Assembly (NCBI RefSeq): GCF_036588685.1
Contig: NC_086381.1
Span: 27,404,001-27,468,000 of the forward strand
DNA length: 64,000 bases
Source of the DNA: Mytilus trossulus
Taxonomy: Eukaryota
Direction of reading: 5' to 3'
Shown here: positions 1-34,115 of the stretch, piece by piece
How the letters are laid out: each line of letters opens with the position of its first letter
How positions within the stretch are numbered: position 1 is the first letter of the stretch
Made by a program: the position numbers and the translations under genes
The notes under the pieces: generated by a model
The model's input: only the letters and a program-made list of their open reading frames with translations
Database searches by the model: none
Told to the model about the DNA's origin: nothing

Positions 1-1074
1 TTTGTTTAAAACTAAAAAAAATATCATTTGAAAAATACCATACTAACTATTTATAGTTATGCTCAAATTGAAATTTTCGATTATTAACTCTGTAACCGTA
101 TGCAGGCGCTGCTTTAATTTTACTGCATAGAATATAAAATTTTGCCATTTGGATGCTAAAATCTTCTCTTTTATCCGTAATTTTTTGTTCTCAATCGATA
201 TCTTATGTCAATTTCTATGTGTAAGTTAAGTAATGAGGTTCTAGGGATATATATATTTTTTTATTTTATTTTCAAAAGGATCGAGGAGTTCAACATATAT
301 TTACTTATTTCGTAAGAGCTAGACATCAACTATGTGATGGAACGTTAAGTTAGAGGATAATGATAGTATTAACTCATTGTTACTTACAAACCTTATATAA
401 AATCTGCCATATGAATAAAGGGACAAGTCGAAAAGAAGAGGTACACACATGTTTCCCAATTCTGAACTATCATTTTTCCGATTTATCTCCCTTTCCATCA
501 GTGTCACATGAAAATGTAAATTTTATGTGTGGAGGTAATTTTCAATTGATATCATGTTGAAATCTGTAATTCTTATGATTTTTCATTAGTTAATATTTAA
601 TTATCGGATACCTATAGTAACAGTTGGCCGTGTCAAATGTATTTTAAAAAATAACGTTCGACTTTTAGGTCTGGTTCGAGACATACTAGTACGAATAAAT
701 CGATCTACCAACAATGACCAGATGTGATAGAACTTAATTTGTTGGAGTAACGGATACCATTTTTGTTCAATGTAATATCTTGATAAAAAATAAAAAAAAG
801 ATTCATATTGTTTGCAATAAAAAAAATCCAGGTTTGTATATATGACTCAGCCGATTGCTATCTATTGATTCTTGTTGGAGGTTGATATAGTGAACCATCT
901 GTCCAATACCACTCCACTCTATACCAACTATCTCATTCATCAAACAAGCATTTAAAGGAGCAGTTTATTAGTGGTTAAATGTATATGTCTCTATCTTCCG
1001 GTACAATTGAGATCGGAGGGAAACAAATAAAAATGCCATCATCTGTATACTGTCAAATTTGAAATTCCCACATA

Positions 1075-1265
1075 AATAAGGCCGTTAGTTTTCTCGTTTG
1101 ATTTTTTTTACATTGTCATTTTGGGGCCTTTTATAGCTGACTATGCGGTATGGGCTTTGTTCATTGTTAAAGGCACGGTGACCTATAGTTGTTAATTTCT
1201 GAGTCATCTGGGGCTCTTGTGGAGAGTTGTCTCATTTGCAATCATACCATATCTTTTATTTTTTA
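1075..1265. repeat. Interspersed short repeat family (SINE/MITE-like)
   Basis: Related copies at ~16850-17035, ~22720-22990, ~3845-3907 (reverse), ~51215-51356 plus 52471-52590 (reverse, split), ~55750-55990 (reverse); shared core ttttatagctgactatgcggtatgggct...ttgtctcattggcaatcataccacatctt. Confidence 0.75.
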
Positions 1266-1280
1266 TACATAAAGCCTTAA

Positions 1281-2000
1281 GGTTCCACTAAAGTCAAAAT
1301 ATAGGACACTTCATAAACATCTAAACTTTGCCTGTATTTTTCAACCTATAATGAATAAAGTCATAAACTATGAAAACATATGTTCATTTAAACATACTTT
1401 ACATATACACACAGTGTAAATTTTAAATAAACTTGAAATTGTTATGTTGTGGCCAAACCGGTTCTTGGGGTGAACACTAAATTTTCAAAAAAATCTGCAG
1501 GCCTGCAAGACGACTTAATTTGCTTAAAATTAGTATGGATGAATACTGTAACATGTAATGCAGGGCAAGCTAATGCTGATTTGTCACAAACATATGTTTT
1601 AATGGCATATTTGTCCAATTTCTGTATTGTACCTTCCATATTCGTTCACTTAGATACATAAAATTAACTAAAACTCGAAAATCAATACATTTAATAAAAA
1701 ATCAACAATGGCTTGCCCTGCATTACATGTAATAGTATTCGTCCATACCAATTTTAAGCAAATTAAGTCGTCTTGCAGGCCTGCAGATTTTTTTGAAAAT
1801 TTAGTGTTCACCCCAAGAACCGGTTTGGCCACAACATAACAATTTCAAGTTTATTTAAAATTTACACTGTGTGTATATGTAAAGTATGTTTAAATGAACA
1901 TATGTTTTCATAGTTTATGACTTTATTCATTATAGGTTGAAAAATACAGGCAAAGTTTAGATGTTTATGAAGTGTCCTATATTTTGACTTTAGTGGAACC
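1281..2000. mobile_element. Foldback non-autonomous DNA transposon, 290-bp terminal inverted arms, TTAA TSD (Kolobok-like)
   Basis: 1281-1570 is the reverse complement of 1711-2000 (4 mismatches seen, all in the inner part); GG...CC termini; TTAA at 1277-1280 and 2001-2004. Confidence 0.9.
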
Positions 2001-2259
2001 TTAAGGAAATAGCAGTTGAAAATGAAGTGGTTTTAAAAGAAAATAAACGTTATCCATTTGCTTTCATTACAAAATCGATTGTTTATCTTAAATTCATCTT
2101 ATAAAATGTGCTGAAATTTGAGGATGGGAATGGTGGTATTCAACAAGTCATTAAGCGGTAAACAATATGTAGGAATTACGTCGATTTTAGGAAATACGAA
2201 GATGTGGCATGACTGTCTTCGAGACAACTTTCCACCAAATTCCAAAAGAAGATGATGTA

Positions 2260-2890
2260 ATAAGTAAAATCACAAAAAATACTTAATTCCGAGAAAATTT
2301 ATAACGGACATTCAATAATCAAATGGCAAAATCAAACGACCAAACACATCAAACGAATGGATATCAACTCGTATTCCTGACTTGTAACTGGAATGATGTA
2401 TTCAACCTAGTTTTATAGCTAGCTAAACCTCTCGCTTGTTTGACAGTCGCATCAAAATCCATTATATTGACAACGATGTGTGAATAACACGAACAGATAT
2501 AATAGATAATAATGACAAAAATAGGGGTACAGAGGTTAACATGGTGTTTTAAACTTAATAACTATAAAAACAAACAAATATGAAACAAAAGAGCAAATAA
2601 GCATATAGACAAAGCACATTAGCATAAATTAAAGACAAGAATACAAAAATTACCATAGCACAATAACACGATGTCGGGATGTATAAGTACAGAGCAACGT
2701 CAGGTGTATCAAAGAAATTACAAAACTCATATAGACAAACAAGTACAGAACCACGTCATATGTATCAAAACAACACAAAAAGACATATAAACAAAGCACG
2801 TTAGCAAAAAAGAAAGAAAAGAATACAAAAATTATCATAAAATAATGACACAATGACAGGATGTATAAGTACAGAGTCACGTTAGATGGA
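2260..2890. repeat. Interspersed repeat with A-rich internal degenerate duplication
   Basis: aagtaaaatcacaaaaa...aatcaaatggcaaaatcaaa head also at ~6920-7105; duplicated gcac(a/g)ttagca...ggatgtataagtacagag blocks at 2615-2700 and 2796-2882. Confidence 0.6.
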
Positions 2891-5800
2891 TATCGCCAAA
2901 AACAGACTAAACAGTAGGTCCAAGGACACATTTACCGAATATAGTCCCTAGTGTGAACAGTGTATAACTTGCATGTTTTATTTGATACACCTTTCAATTC
3001 ATTTCTTGATATTTAATGCATGAAATACTAGGAAGGTGGATGTTATTACATGTTAAAAAAATTTGGGTGCTGAATCTTTATGTTAAGTAGTGATTCGGTC
3101 CAGTTCAAAAAGATCAAATGTTATCTTGTCTGAAGCTGTCAAACTGAATGTTACACCCCATAACACAGAATTGTCAATATTTTGAGTTAGAGCTGGTAGA
3201 AGTTTTTATAATATTGATTTTATTTGTCTCTATAGTAGTACACTACACTGTAAAAATCTTTTTGAGAAAGAGCAGGTGCGATTTTTTTAATTTCAATTTA
3301 TTGTCTATAAGAAATGCACTACGAAATAACAGTGTTCTCGGTCCAGAACAAGTAATATTCATAAAGACACATAAAAGAATAATATAACATGTAATTAAGA
3401 AGATAAACAAAGTCAGTATCCAGAATCTATACTTCAATAACACCGTGTATTACTTCACTATGAACAAAATCTGCCGTACGGTATCCAAAAGTAATACATT
3501 TATAGCGTATGCTACCATTTTTATGTTGAAAACCATTGTGGGTTATTTGTAATTGACAATTTTTCAATTTCACATTGGGAATGGTGGTATACAGGATTGA
3601 AAAATCAATAGTTTTGATAGAACTAATTTCAGAAAGAAATCGAGATTTAAAATTATCCAGAAGTTTTTTAAACGTTTTATAGAATCAACATATGGTTATA
3701 TACCACTACGCGAATATACAGTTTCACAGTCTTTTCTGAATACTCTCTTTCACAACACAATGTCAGTCATTTCACTTTTGATGAATTTGGCTAAAATCAA
3801 ACATTTGTTAAAAACAACTAAGGTTCCAATTTCCTCATGCAAATATAAAAAAGAAGATGTGGTATGATTGCCAATGAGACAACTGTCTACAAGAGACCAA
3901 AATGACAAATGTATCTATCTTCTCCAGTTGGGTCATATATCTCTTCACGTGTCGAGGTCATAAAGATATCTCTTCTCGTAAATCCAGAAAAGCGGTTCGG
4001 ACGCACGGAATTAATAATGTTATGTTCATTTACAAGTTATCTGCATTCAACAAAGAATAAACTCACACTGTTAAGTAAGCTTAGTAGCTTACTAAACAGT
4101 TTAGCGCATGCAAAATGTAAAACAACTAAAATTAATAACACAAACTGTATGATGTATCATACAAAAATTAACGCAAATACTATAGAAGACACTGACAACA
4201 ACCAATGGATTACATGATCCAGACCTGAGAAAAACACATTAATAATGTTGCAGGGTTTAACATATTTGTCAGTGCTCAACCCTCACATAACATGGAAAAG
4301 CAGCGTTACAGCACAAACATAAGAACAAACAAAAATCAAATGACATTCCTAACCTAAACGAACTGAAATATGGCTATTTGAAAATGGTATACACATTTGC
4401 TATTTGATTTACTGTAAAACGAATGAAGAGATCGGCTTTATGTACGGATAAATACGTTGCTGATTACATTCATTATTTTGTAAAATATTTAAAGAACAAA
4501 TACGTTTTTTAACTTGTGTCAATATAACAGCACTATCACAAAGCGCGGGAAAAGCCTAGGGCAAAAACAAATCACCTTTCTGGCAATAATTGAGGTAAAC
4601 GCCATAATTAAGTGTCTGCAATCCATATTTATATTTAACCCCTACTCATGTGGCATTATTTATGGCGTATTCATTGATACTGATTATTCTTTTAATGTAA
4701 TCTATGCTAACAATCCCAGAGAGAACGTGTTTTTCAACAACGCAACACAAACTCGGAAAAGCAACATACAACTTGGCATACAAATTTGGCAAATGAAGTA
4801 ACAACACAGAACATCGAATACAAACATACCACGGTGAACATACAGCAGAATACAATCTGCTTACATGCATCATAAATGATAGAAATTTAAAGGTATGATT
4901 AATATTGGTCTCTTGTTTAATTGATAATTACTTGATTATGCATTTGCAGTTTGTTTATTGTTAAATTGTTAAATTTTGATAAAGAAAGCCTTAAAAAGCT
5001 TTATGTAAGATACTCTTGAAGGTTACAATCCTAACTCGTTTCAGATTTAATATTTTATGAGTAACGGCAAATCATAATAAAAAATATTGTGATTCATCAT
5101 CGTACCTCCGACTGGTTTTATTGATTGACAGGAGGCATTTATCTTTAGAAAATCAATCTGTTTCGATTTATGTTGCATCGCCATTTCATTAAGGATTAAC
5201 CGTAAACATATCACATAAGGACAAAGCCCTCCTCCTACAGATAACAATATATCATCGTATAACTCCAAGTTCAACGACTCTTTCACGGGATAATTATTTC
5301 CTCGTGGAACATATTGCACTTGTAATTGCATTCAACAATAACAAAGAAAGAAGTGGATACAACTATAAACGTCAAAACTTTCAATCACGATGCACAAAGA
5401 AAGCAATTATTTGTCCACTGTCTGGGGCATATCCTTATAATATTGATGTTTTTGTACACACAGACCTTTAGCATTCGACAAGATGTTTCTTAACCTCCCA
5501 CCTCATGTGACCTTAAACTGGCCTGTACACTATATATATGGTGAAATGACCAGTTACTGTATGTGCTCTCGTCGACAGATTTTCTAAAATTCAATATTCC
5601 CCAAAATATCAAATATATCTATCACAACTGTGTCACATAATATCTTTATTTTACAACAGTATGTTTATTCGACAGAAATATTGATATCTTAAAATGTCTA
5701 AATCAAAGCAAATACTATACAGCAAGAAACAGAATATTAAGGGGATAATAACGAGCCATGTTAGGTGTAAGAAAAGAGACGCACATAAATATTGAACATG

Positions 5801-8800
5801 CACATTAGGACATAAAGTTTTGAGCAATGCACCTTCAGAATCTTATATCAACACACTAATGATAAATAACAAAGTTGATAGCTTTTCATAACTTTCCATA
5901 ACACCATATTCAATTACTAACCCCAAACTTCAAAGGATATTTTTTTTGTTCAGACTTAGAATGGAAACACAATTGCGAAATCAAATTCTTAAAATTTGCC
6001 AGTTTTTCCCTTAAAGCATCTAACTGTGACAGTGTCTTCCGAAGATAAAACGATGAACTAATGCAAAAAAAATGAACACTCTACAGCAGTAGAATAAAGA
6101 AATGCCAACTAAAACTGAAATTTGATAAATCCTTGAAACAACCCATGTATCCCTCTAGATGCAAAAATGCTCCTATCAAAATGTCATTGAACTATACAGG
6201 TCTAGTAGACTGTACTAAAGCTGATTGGAAGTACATTTAAGTAGCATTGCTTTAATACATTGAAATATAGAACTAGGGTCAGTTTTTTTTATTATCATTC
6301 TAAAGGGAAGTACTCTCAAAGGAAGATAATGCATCAATAGGAAATATTATCTATATTACGATATACATGCTATAATTTAGTGCATAAAGGGTCACCATCA
6401 CCATGGAAAATAAACCACCACCTTCTTAATTTACAGAACTTACTTAACGATCTTCAAAATTGTTTCAAATGCAAATAAAACAAAATATATAATCCGTAAG
6501 TTGTCCACGTATAATTTAAATGTCTTTTTCACCTGAACATGTAAATAAACTGTCTGCTGACTGTTTGAGATATGCTGAAATCAATAGAACATGATCATGT
6601 GATCACAGTGGCAGGCGACACATGTTGAAACTCTCTATAGTGACGTAGAAATTCCTCTATTTATTAACAATGTGACGTAAAACCACTGAAATATGTTTCT
6701 ATTATATTTCAATATATAAAATTGTTTATGTTGTGTTTTGATCATTCTTCAAGTAGGTCGACGTCACATATGATGAAATGTAACTCTCCGTGTTATCTTG
6801 ACATAACTAACAGTTACTAACAGTAATCTTAAAGAAGCACTCAATATGGTATATGATGCTCATAGTATATAAACGCCTTCAATCTCTTGTGAATATAAGT
6901 TTGCATTTCATTGATAAAAAGTAAAATCACAAAAATACTGAACTCCGAGGACAATTTAAAACGAAAAGTCCCTAATCAAATGGTAAAATCAAATGATAAA
7001 GCACATCAAACACTGGGAAATATACAACAACTGTCTCCTGACTTGGTACAGGCATTTTCAAATGAAGAACATCTGGTTTTATAGCGCTAAACCTCTCACT
7101 TTTATGAGATTAATAGATTAATTCAAAGCAGTATGAAAAACTTTTTTGTTATTGTATAATGATATTTAATATATACCTTACTGCATATGTTGTTTTTCTT
7201 TAAATACTAAACATTGTTTTTGTAGCAGCATGCAAATCGCATTCTGTTTAGAGATGGTTTAAATGTCATGCTGTCAAAAGGCTGACAAGTTAGATTTATC
7301 CCCATTAAAAGACAACTGTTTATTGTCTAGACGGTTATTGAAGTATGAAGACTAGACAAGTGGAAATAATTTTGGAAAAACAGACAGAAAATTTCAATTA
7401 CATGTAAGGTAGATCTACTAATACTTGATGTTTGAATAACTTTACTAGCCATTAAAGATAACAGAATACAATCGGTTTTGATATTCAATGAATTATGCTA
7501 ATATTTAATCTAGGAATACAACTCATCTGGGTGTTTTTTTTACCTAAATGGGACGGACGAACGGAATGACGGACGGACGGACGGTCAGGGGTATAACATT
7601 ATGCACCCCCAATTTTCAGTTGCGGAGACATAAAAATAAACCATTTTGATTCTGAAATATGTTTCTATTTGTGAGTTTTGAAAGACAGGAGTGGTATCTA
7701 ATTCTTGATAATTCGTTAGCTTCCATTCCATTCAAGTCTTTCGCGGGCCCGAATTCACTACCATCAGGTTTTATGACCTGAACCCACTTTGGGCCCTCAA
7801 ATCTCTGCCCAAGGTTATTGCGTATACGTTAAATAGTCTTAAATGGCCTAGCTACGACAATCAAGTTATAATAGGCAATTGAGGTGTGTATACTTTGCTT
7901 TGAAGTCTTTTCAACTTTTCAAGATACTCTATTAAAAATTTAAAATAAATTCACAAACTATTAGTGCACCCGAAGCTTTATCATCGAAATCCATCAAGCT
8001 AAAAAGTCAGGGGTGTATAGTTACTTGAAAACGTTGAGCGCTATATATGACCAAAAAGGGAGACAACTTATTCTGCTTACAAAAATGACGAACGTTTAAT
8101 ATTACAATTTTTCTACTGCTGAATTTTCTATCCAGTTAACATATCCATGTAAATACGTAGCTCAAATGTAAATGTAAAACTATTCAGGCAAACATATGCA
8201 TATCTTGACATTTTCATAATATATTTTTTATTCATTTTATTTGATACAATCATTGATGCAAGTGGCATGTGCTAACTTACATGAAAGTCTATCTCATTAT
8301 CATTAAAGTAGAGGTTGGAAACATAAAGAAATCTGATGTCTGAAGTAGACCAACGGTTCTTTAATTTTCATGCCACAAAATAGCTGCTTCATCCAATATG
8401 ATCATCCCTGTCCCCAATATTTGTGTTGTTAACAGAAACTGATATTTATAAGAAGAGTTACTTTCAGATAACATTTGCGAGGCCTAGGTTGTCGGGTGGT
8501 CCAATCGGACGGGGCCAATCAGTTCATCTGCAGGTATTACTAGCTTGCCAAAACTAAAAATCGGATTACATGTGAACTGTGATAATTATTTCATTTCTAG
8601 TATATTTCTTGTAACCAACAGCAGCGAACTTCATATGAGAGGGACTATTGGTTGGAGATTGCAGCACCCGATTTCAGCGGGAGCTTGATACACGATTTAG
8701 GTCTTTGTCACGTGTCGAATGCCTAACGATAATCTTTTAATGCCAATGCATGTGTAGGTTAATATCTGCTGTTTGGTACTGTCTATTTGGGGGTTCTATC

Positions 8801-9367
8801 CTCACTGTTGACAATACATACAATCGTTTGTAAAGGAGCTCACATGACTTCCATACTGAGGTATAGTACGTGGCAGTTGTATTGTGCTTACTATATTAAC
8901 TTTCTTATGTATGTCAAAAGTGTATTTACTATTAATTTTTAAAGTTAAAACACAATATGACCTACTTTAAATTTGAAGCTTACTTACTTTTCTGAGCCAT
9001 ATGATAACAACACATTTCTGGAAATGATTATTAAGTCACTTTTCTGTCTACAAGTCATTTGAAGAAAATTAAATGTCAAAAATAAATAAGAAAACCTGCA
9101 ACGTGGATTTGTCAATAAGATATTTAAATCACTATGCCTCGTCGCTTTTAAAAGGTATATTACACGTTTTCGGCTGTATATAGATATTTTAGATTAATTT
9201 TATAAACATTAAACCCGAGTTAATAACGAAATTACCCGGATTTGTAAACAAATTATATTTCCTTCACTCATATATTAAATAGCTCACACTTGGACGTTAT
9301 TTATTTTTTATAGGTTGTTAATGTATGGACAAAACCTGATGACATAAACAATACGTTTTACAACTAA

Positions 9368-9507
9368 CAGTGGCGGATCCAGAAATTTTCGTAAGTGGGG
9401 GCCCAGTGACTGACCTAAGAGGGGGCCCGCTTCAGTGATTCCCTATATAAGCAACCAAATTTTTTCCCAAGAAAGGGGGGCCCGCCCCCCCCCTAAATCC
9501 GCCTCTG
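9368..9507. mobile_element. MITE with CAG...CTG termini and 5-bp TSD ACTAA
   Basis: cagtggcggat / atccgcctctg imperfect TIRs; ACTAA at 9363-9367 and 9508-9512; degenerate relative at ~13380-13462. Confidence 0.8.
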
Positions 9508-12380
9508 ACTAAAGCCATCCACATCACAAAGGACAAGCCATAAAGTGTACTGGTGTATCCATGTGCGATATTTCTTTTGATTTATTATATAATGTGTTGT
9601 ATAAGCATAAGCGGTTGCACTGCATGATGATATTTATAACGTAACTTTCATATTTTAATTTTATGGTAAAATATGTTGCTAATAGGGGTAAATCAACTGT
9701 AACTTCCGTCTCCAGGTTTGTTTCATGTTATATTACAAGAGGATAATATCAAACATGAGTCCTATACCTGCCATACCGAAATAAAATATCCCGTGTTAAA
9801 TTTGATCCCTGGACAGCGGTAAACAAAAATATGAACTAAATGATGAAATGAAACAGCATATTAAGTATGTTGAGAAATACAAGCATCTTATAACTAGGAA
9901 CAAAAAGGTCAGCAAACGTGAATAACAGAACAAAAATGTTAACTGACAAGTTTACCATCTTGATATCATCGAAGTTGAACCCAATAAAATCCTAATTGAT
10001 CATAATTTCATGAAGAGTAATTTCTCATCTTTTAAGAATAATATAAGTCTCGTTTCTCGATCTACAGTCATTCAAAAGAACAAAGATATTATTACTAGTA
10101 CCACAAACAGTAGCCGAATCCCAGTCATTAAGGGAACAGTAAAGCCAGAACCGTCGTGAATATCTACTTATAGTTTGTTGCATACTTTAAATCACAAGTT
10201 AGAATCAAAAGAGAACATGAAGTACTCTTTATTCTTATGAATACATAGGAAATAACATTAAAAATTTGGGCTCACACAACAAGTTATGGTTAATGATTAC
10301 TCTTTTCCACTTTTTATATAATAAGAAAAAAATCATGTTAACAGGCTGACAAATTGATCGGTAGCAACAGATGATGCCGTGCTTGTCATTCATATAAAGG
10401 GGGATAAGTGAAAAACGATAATAGTGATGCTACCCAAATTTGAACTTGGTCCGAGTTTTGTGGTAATAACAATTGTGCACAAGTTTCATCACATTTGGTT
10501 AGGGCAACTATAGTTAGAGAGAGGAAACCAATTTTGGGACATTCAGACAAGGGTAAAACTTAATGCCCCCTATTTTATGGCAGGGGCATAAAAAGGAGAT
10601 ACCTATTTTCATATTACTGACATAGCCATGTATTTAGAATACACTAACCAGTAAACTTTCCCTCAAAATTGTACCAATTAAAATCTTAAATTTAATTATC
10701 TATGTTGCTCTAGTTTGACCAAGTACCAGAATGTCCTACCACAAAGATAACCTTTAAAAATATAAAATCGGGAGTCAGAAAGTCAGTAATATGAAAATGG
10801 CCTATTGTATCAGACCTCAACCAATACAGCTATCATTGCTTTACCAGGGAAATGATCTCAGTCCATACAGTTCATCCATTGTTAAACTTACTTAGCAAAT
10901 TGGGAGTGAACAAATATATTCAGACTTCTCTGTCCTTTACTCTTTTTCATAAAGATATATGGAGTATATATGTACACATGCATCTTCTATCTAATCAGCA
11001 GTATTTGTGTCTTCAAAATTATTGTACTTATAGAAAAGCTGGGCATTCTTTATTGAATACACAGGTATAAATCTATGAAGCACAGTTAAAAGTCCAACAT
11101 TCGATTCACACTTGTATGTATAACTACTGTTAAACAGGTCAATCATCAACTTTCTACTCCATTTTATTCACATGGATTTGTTTCATGTTTCCAATAATGA
11201 TTTCTATGCCAAAAACTGCTCTGGTCTTTTGGTACTTTCATAAGTTGTCTTTTGCATTGGGTGAAGCTAATGACATTTTCAGAATTATTTCCAATTAGTA
11301 GCTGTATTGATAAAGCAATATTCATTTGTGTAATTGTGATGCAATGATCTTTATATGTATAATGTTTTTCATTTAAATTTCATTGCTAAATAGTTCATCT
11401 GTCTGGGAATAACTGATATATAAGTATAATTATAAGCCACTGTCTCTTCATTTCTTTCAAATCATGTCATTCTTTGTGAAAATATACTCTTTTTTTGTCA
11501 AAGTTTCACTGATTTTTTTCTCCCAATTATATATGATGATGTCTATACCATTTTGTCCTTTAAGTTTTAAATTTTCCAGTTTTCTAGACAATTTTATCAC
11601 CATCCATTTGGTAAATGATGACTAGTAGATCCTAAATATAACAAAATGCTCACAGAAAGTGGTATAGTTATCAATACATATGTTAACAGCTAGCAAACAT
11701 GATATAGCAAATATCTCAAACAGGCTCATTTCTTTTATTTTGGCTCTGTCAAGATCAACTAGAGACCACATCCTCAATGTCTTTTTCTGAAGGACTCCTA
11801 AGATTTTTCTTTGAAGTTTACCTGTATTGACAGAATTGCAGTCTTTTGTCTGTATTCATATATCTATGTAGGTTTAAATTTTATTCTGCCTTACGTTACA
11901 TTATGGGTCACACAGGGTGCATCAAATAATCCCTATCCTACACTGTATTTACTATACTTATTTGACATGCAACACTTTATTATTTAATAAACAGCAGCAA
12001 TTACTGTGATAATACTTTTGATTAATGAATCTCATTCTGATTATGTGAGGTCTGTGGAAGCTCATTGGTATTGATGGCTTGTGAATAAGTCCCTTTACTT
12101 TCGACTTCAACAAATTCATTAAATCATATGGAATTTATGTATTTATTTGGTAACGAAATTCTTAGTACATCATAGTACAATTATTTCAGTGTCTTCCAAT
12201 TCTTACACCCCTCCCCATTTTTGCTTCCAGTAAGTCTTCCTAGTTGGATTTGAATGAGTACTTAAACAAGTGACAACCATTTTAATAATTTATTCAACGC
12301 AAGCACTATGACTCTCTCTCTCTCTCCCTCTCGGTCATTATCACACATACAGTACCGATCACTAACGACATATAAAGTTC

Positions 12381-32784
<20,404 letters not shown>

Positions 32785-32952
32785 GTTTGTTGGTCTCTTG
32801 TAATCTCGTTAAATAATAAATTGAAATTAAAGGTAAAAAAAATATGAAATGCGGTGATGACCTTTAAAAATTAATGAGAAGACACAAAACATTTATAGAA
32901 ATAAAAAAATAAAATAGAAAAACTAAAACTGTTTCGAAAATTTTGTCGTCGT

Positions 32953-32970
32953 TTCCCGTCATGCACTGCG
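32953..32970. promoter_or_regulatory. ZNF143/Staf binding site (SBS)-like motif in the divergent promoter
   Basis: TTCCCGTCATGCACTGCG fits the 18-bp Staf consensus (YYCCCRNNATGCMYYRCR); ~170 bp upstream of the PSMD2 ATG. Confidence 0.7.
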
Positions 32971-33169
32971 AAAATATTTCTAAAGAGGAAGAAGATATTC
33001 CAATGAAATTTTGTTAAAATGTCTTTAAATTGCTCTGCATAGGTTAATTTTCGAACTGCAGTAATTTCATAGCTTTTAATTTTAGTACAGCTTCAACTCA
33101 TATAGTTGGTACGACATATAATTTAGGTAATATACGAGAATTTCAACTTGAAACTGGATAGTTTACATA

Positions 33170-33183
33170 GTTTCCAAGGAAAC
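33170..33183. promoter_or_regulatory. RFX X-box motif
   Basis: GTTTCC-AA-GGAAAC, a 14-bp near-palindrome one base from the canonical GTTTCCATGGAAAC; on the side of the ciliary kinesin gene. Confidence 0.7.
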
Positions 33184-33652
33184 ATTTTCTTGAAATATAG
33201 TAATATAACTAATATTGAAGTTTATTGTAAATTATTTTATTTCCATTTCTATGCCTAGTTCTTGATACACATTTGACACCCCACCCTACCCAAAACATAA
33301 TGACTTCATAACTGCCAAGTGGAAGACCCCCCCCCCCCCCCCCCCCCTTTCCCCTCAGTTAATATAACAGCTGAGGGGGAGATTTTGAGAGAATGACATT
33401 TTCAAGTTAGATATAAGACCAGTTAAGGTTTTCATCTACAATCCCCAATAATAGTTAATAGATAAATGCTTTTATTTTTCAATTTTTGATGATAATCTTT
33501 TCAAGGTAGTGAAGGTGGGTTTTTTATAGCCCCTTTTCAATACATCTTTTCACTAATTGTCGATCTATCCTGCACATCACAAAAGTTCTCGTAATTTTTT
33601 TACGGGGAAGTTTCCAACCATATAAATAATATGAGGCAGGCATAACCTGTGA

Positions 33653-34107
33653 ATGGGGACGAAGTCTGTATGTATTATTTTTTTAATTCAATCATGTTGA
33701 TAAAAAAAACCGAAATACCGTACGTAACGTTCCCGATTTTGGTTCTGTTGTTAGGGAATTAGCTGTGACGTTCTCTAAGTTATGACGTCATATTCGATGT
33801 AAACAAAGGAAACGCTTTCATCAGCTAATTTTTTTTTTCATATCAAACAATTATTAAAATTGAATTTGTATTGAGATCCAATCTTATATTTTACTAGACT
33901 TATAAATATAAAAAAAATTCAAAGTCTCATGCAAACAAGACAGATATCTGCGCAAATGGGGGAAAACCAGAACAGGAAGTAGATCTGAAAAAAAAAGTTA
34001 AGGATTTTGAGTTCATTAGTAGAATGAAAAATTCGGGAAATTTTCCCGATTTAAAAAAAAAAAAATTTTATTGATTTTTCTACCGTAATTGGGGACTTTG
34101 TCCCCAT
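33653..34107. mobile_element. MITE, 14-bp TIR atggggac(g/a)aagtc
   Basis: atggggacgaagtc ... gactttgtccccat; internal ttcccga / tcgggaa inverted motifs; TSD not clear. Confidence 0.65.
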
Positions 34108-34115
34108 ATGAACAG

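Noticed and set aside
1442-1661. Overlapping ORFs of 65 and 70 aa
   Set aside because: They lie within the foldback transposon arms and show no protein-like features
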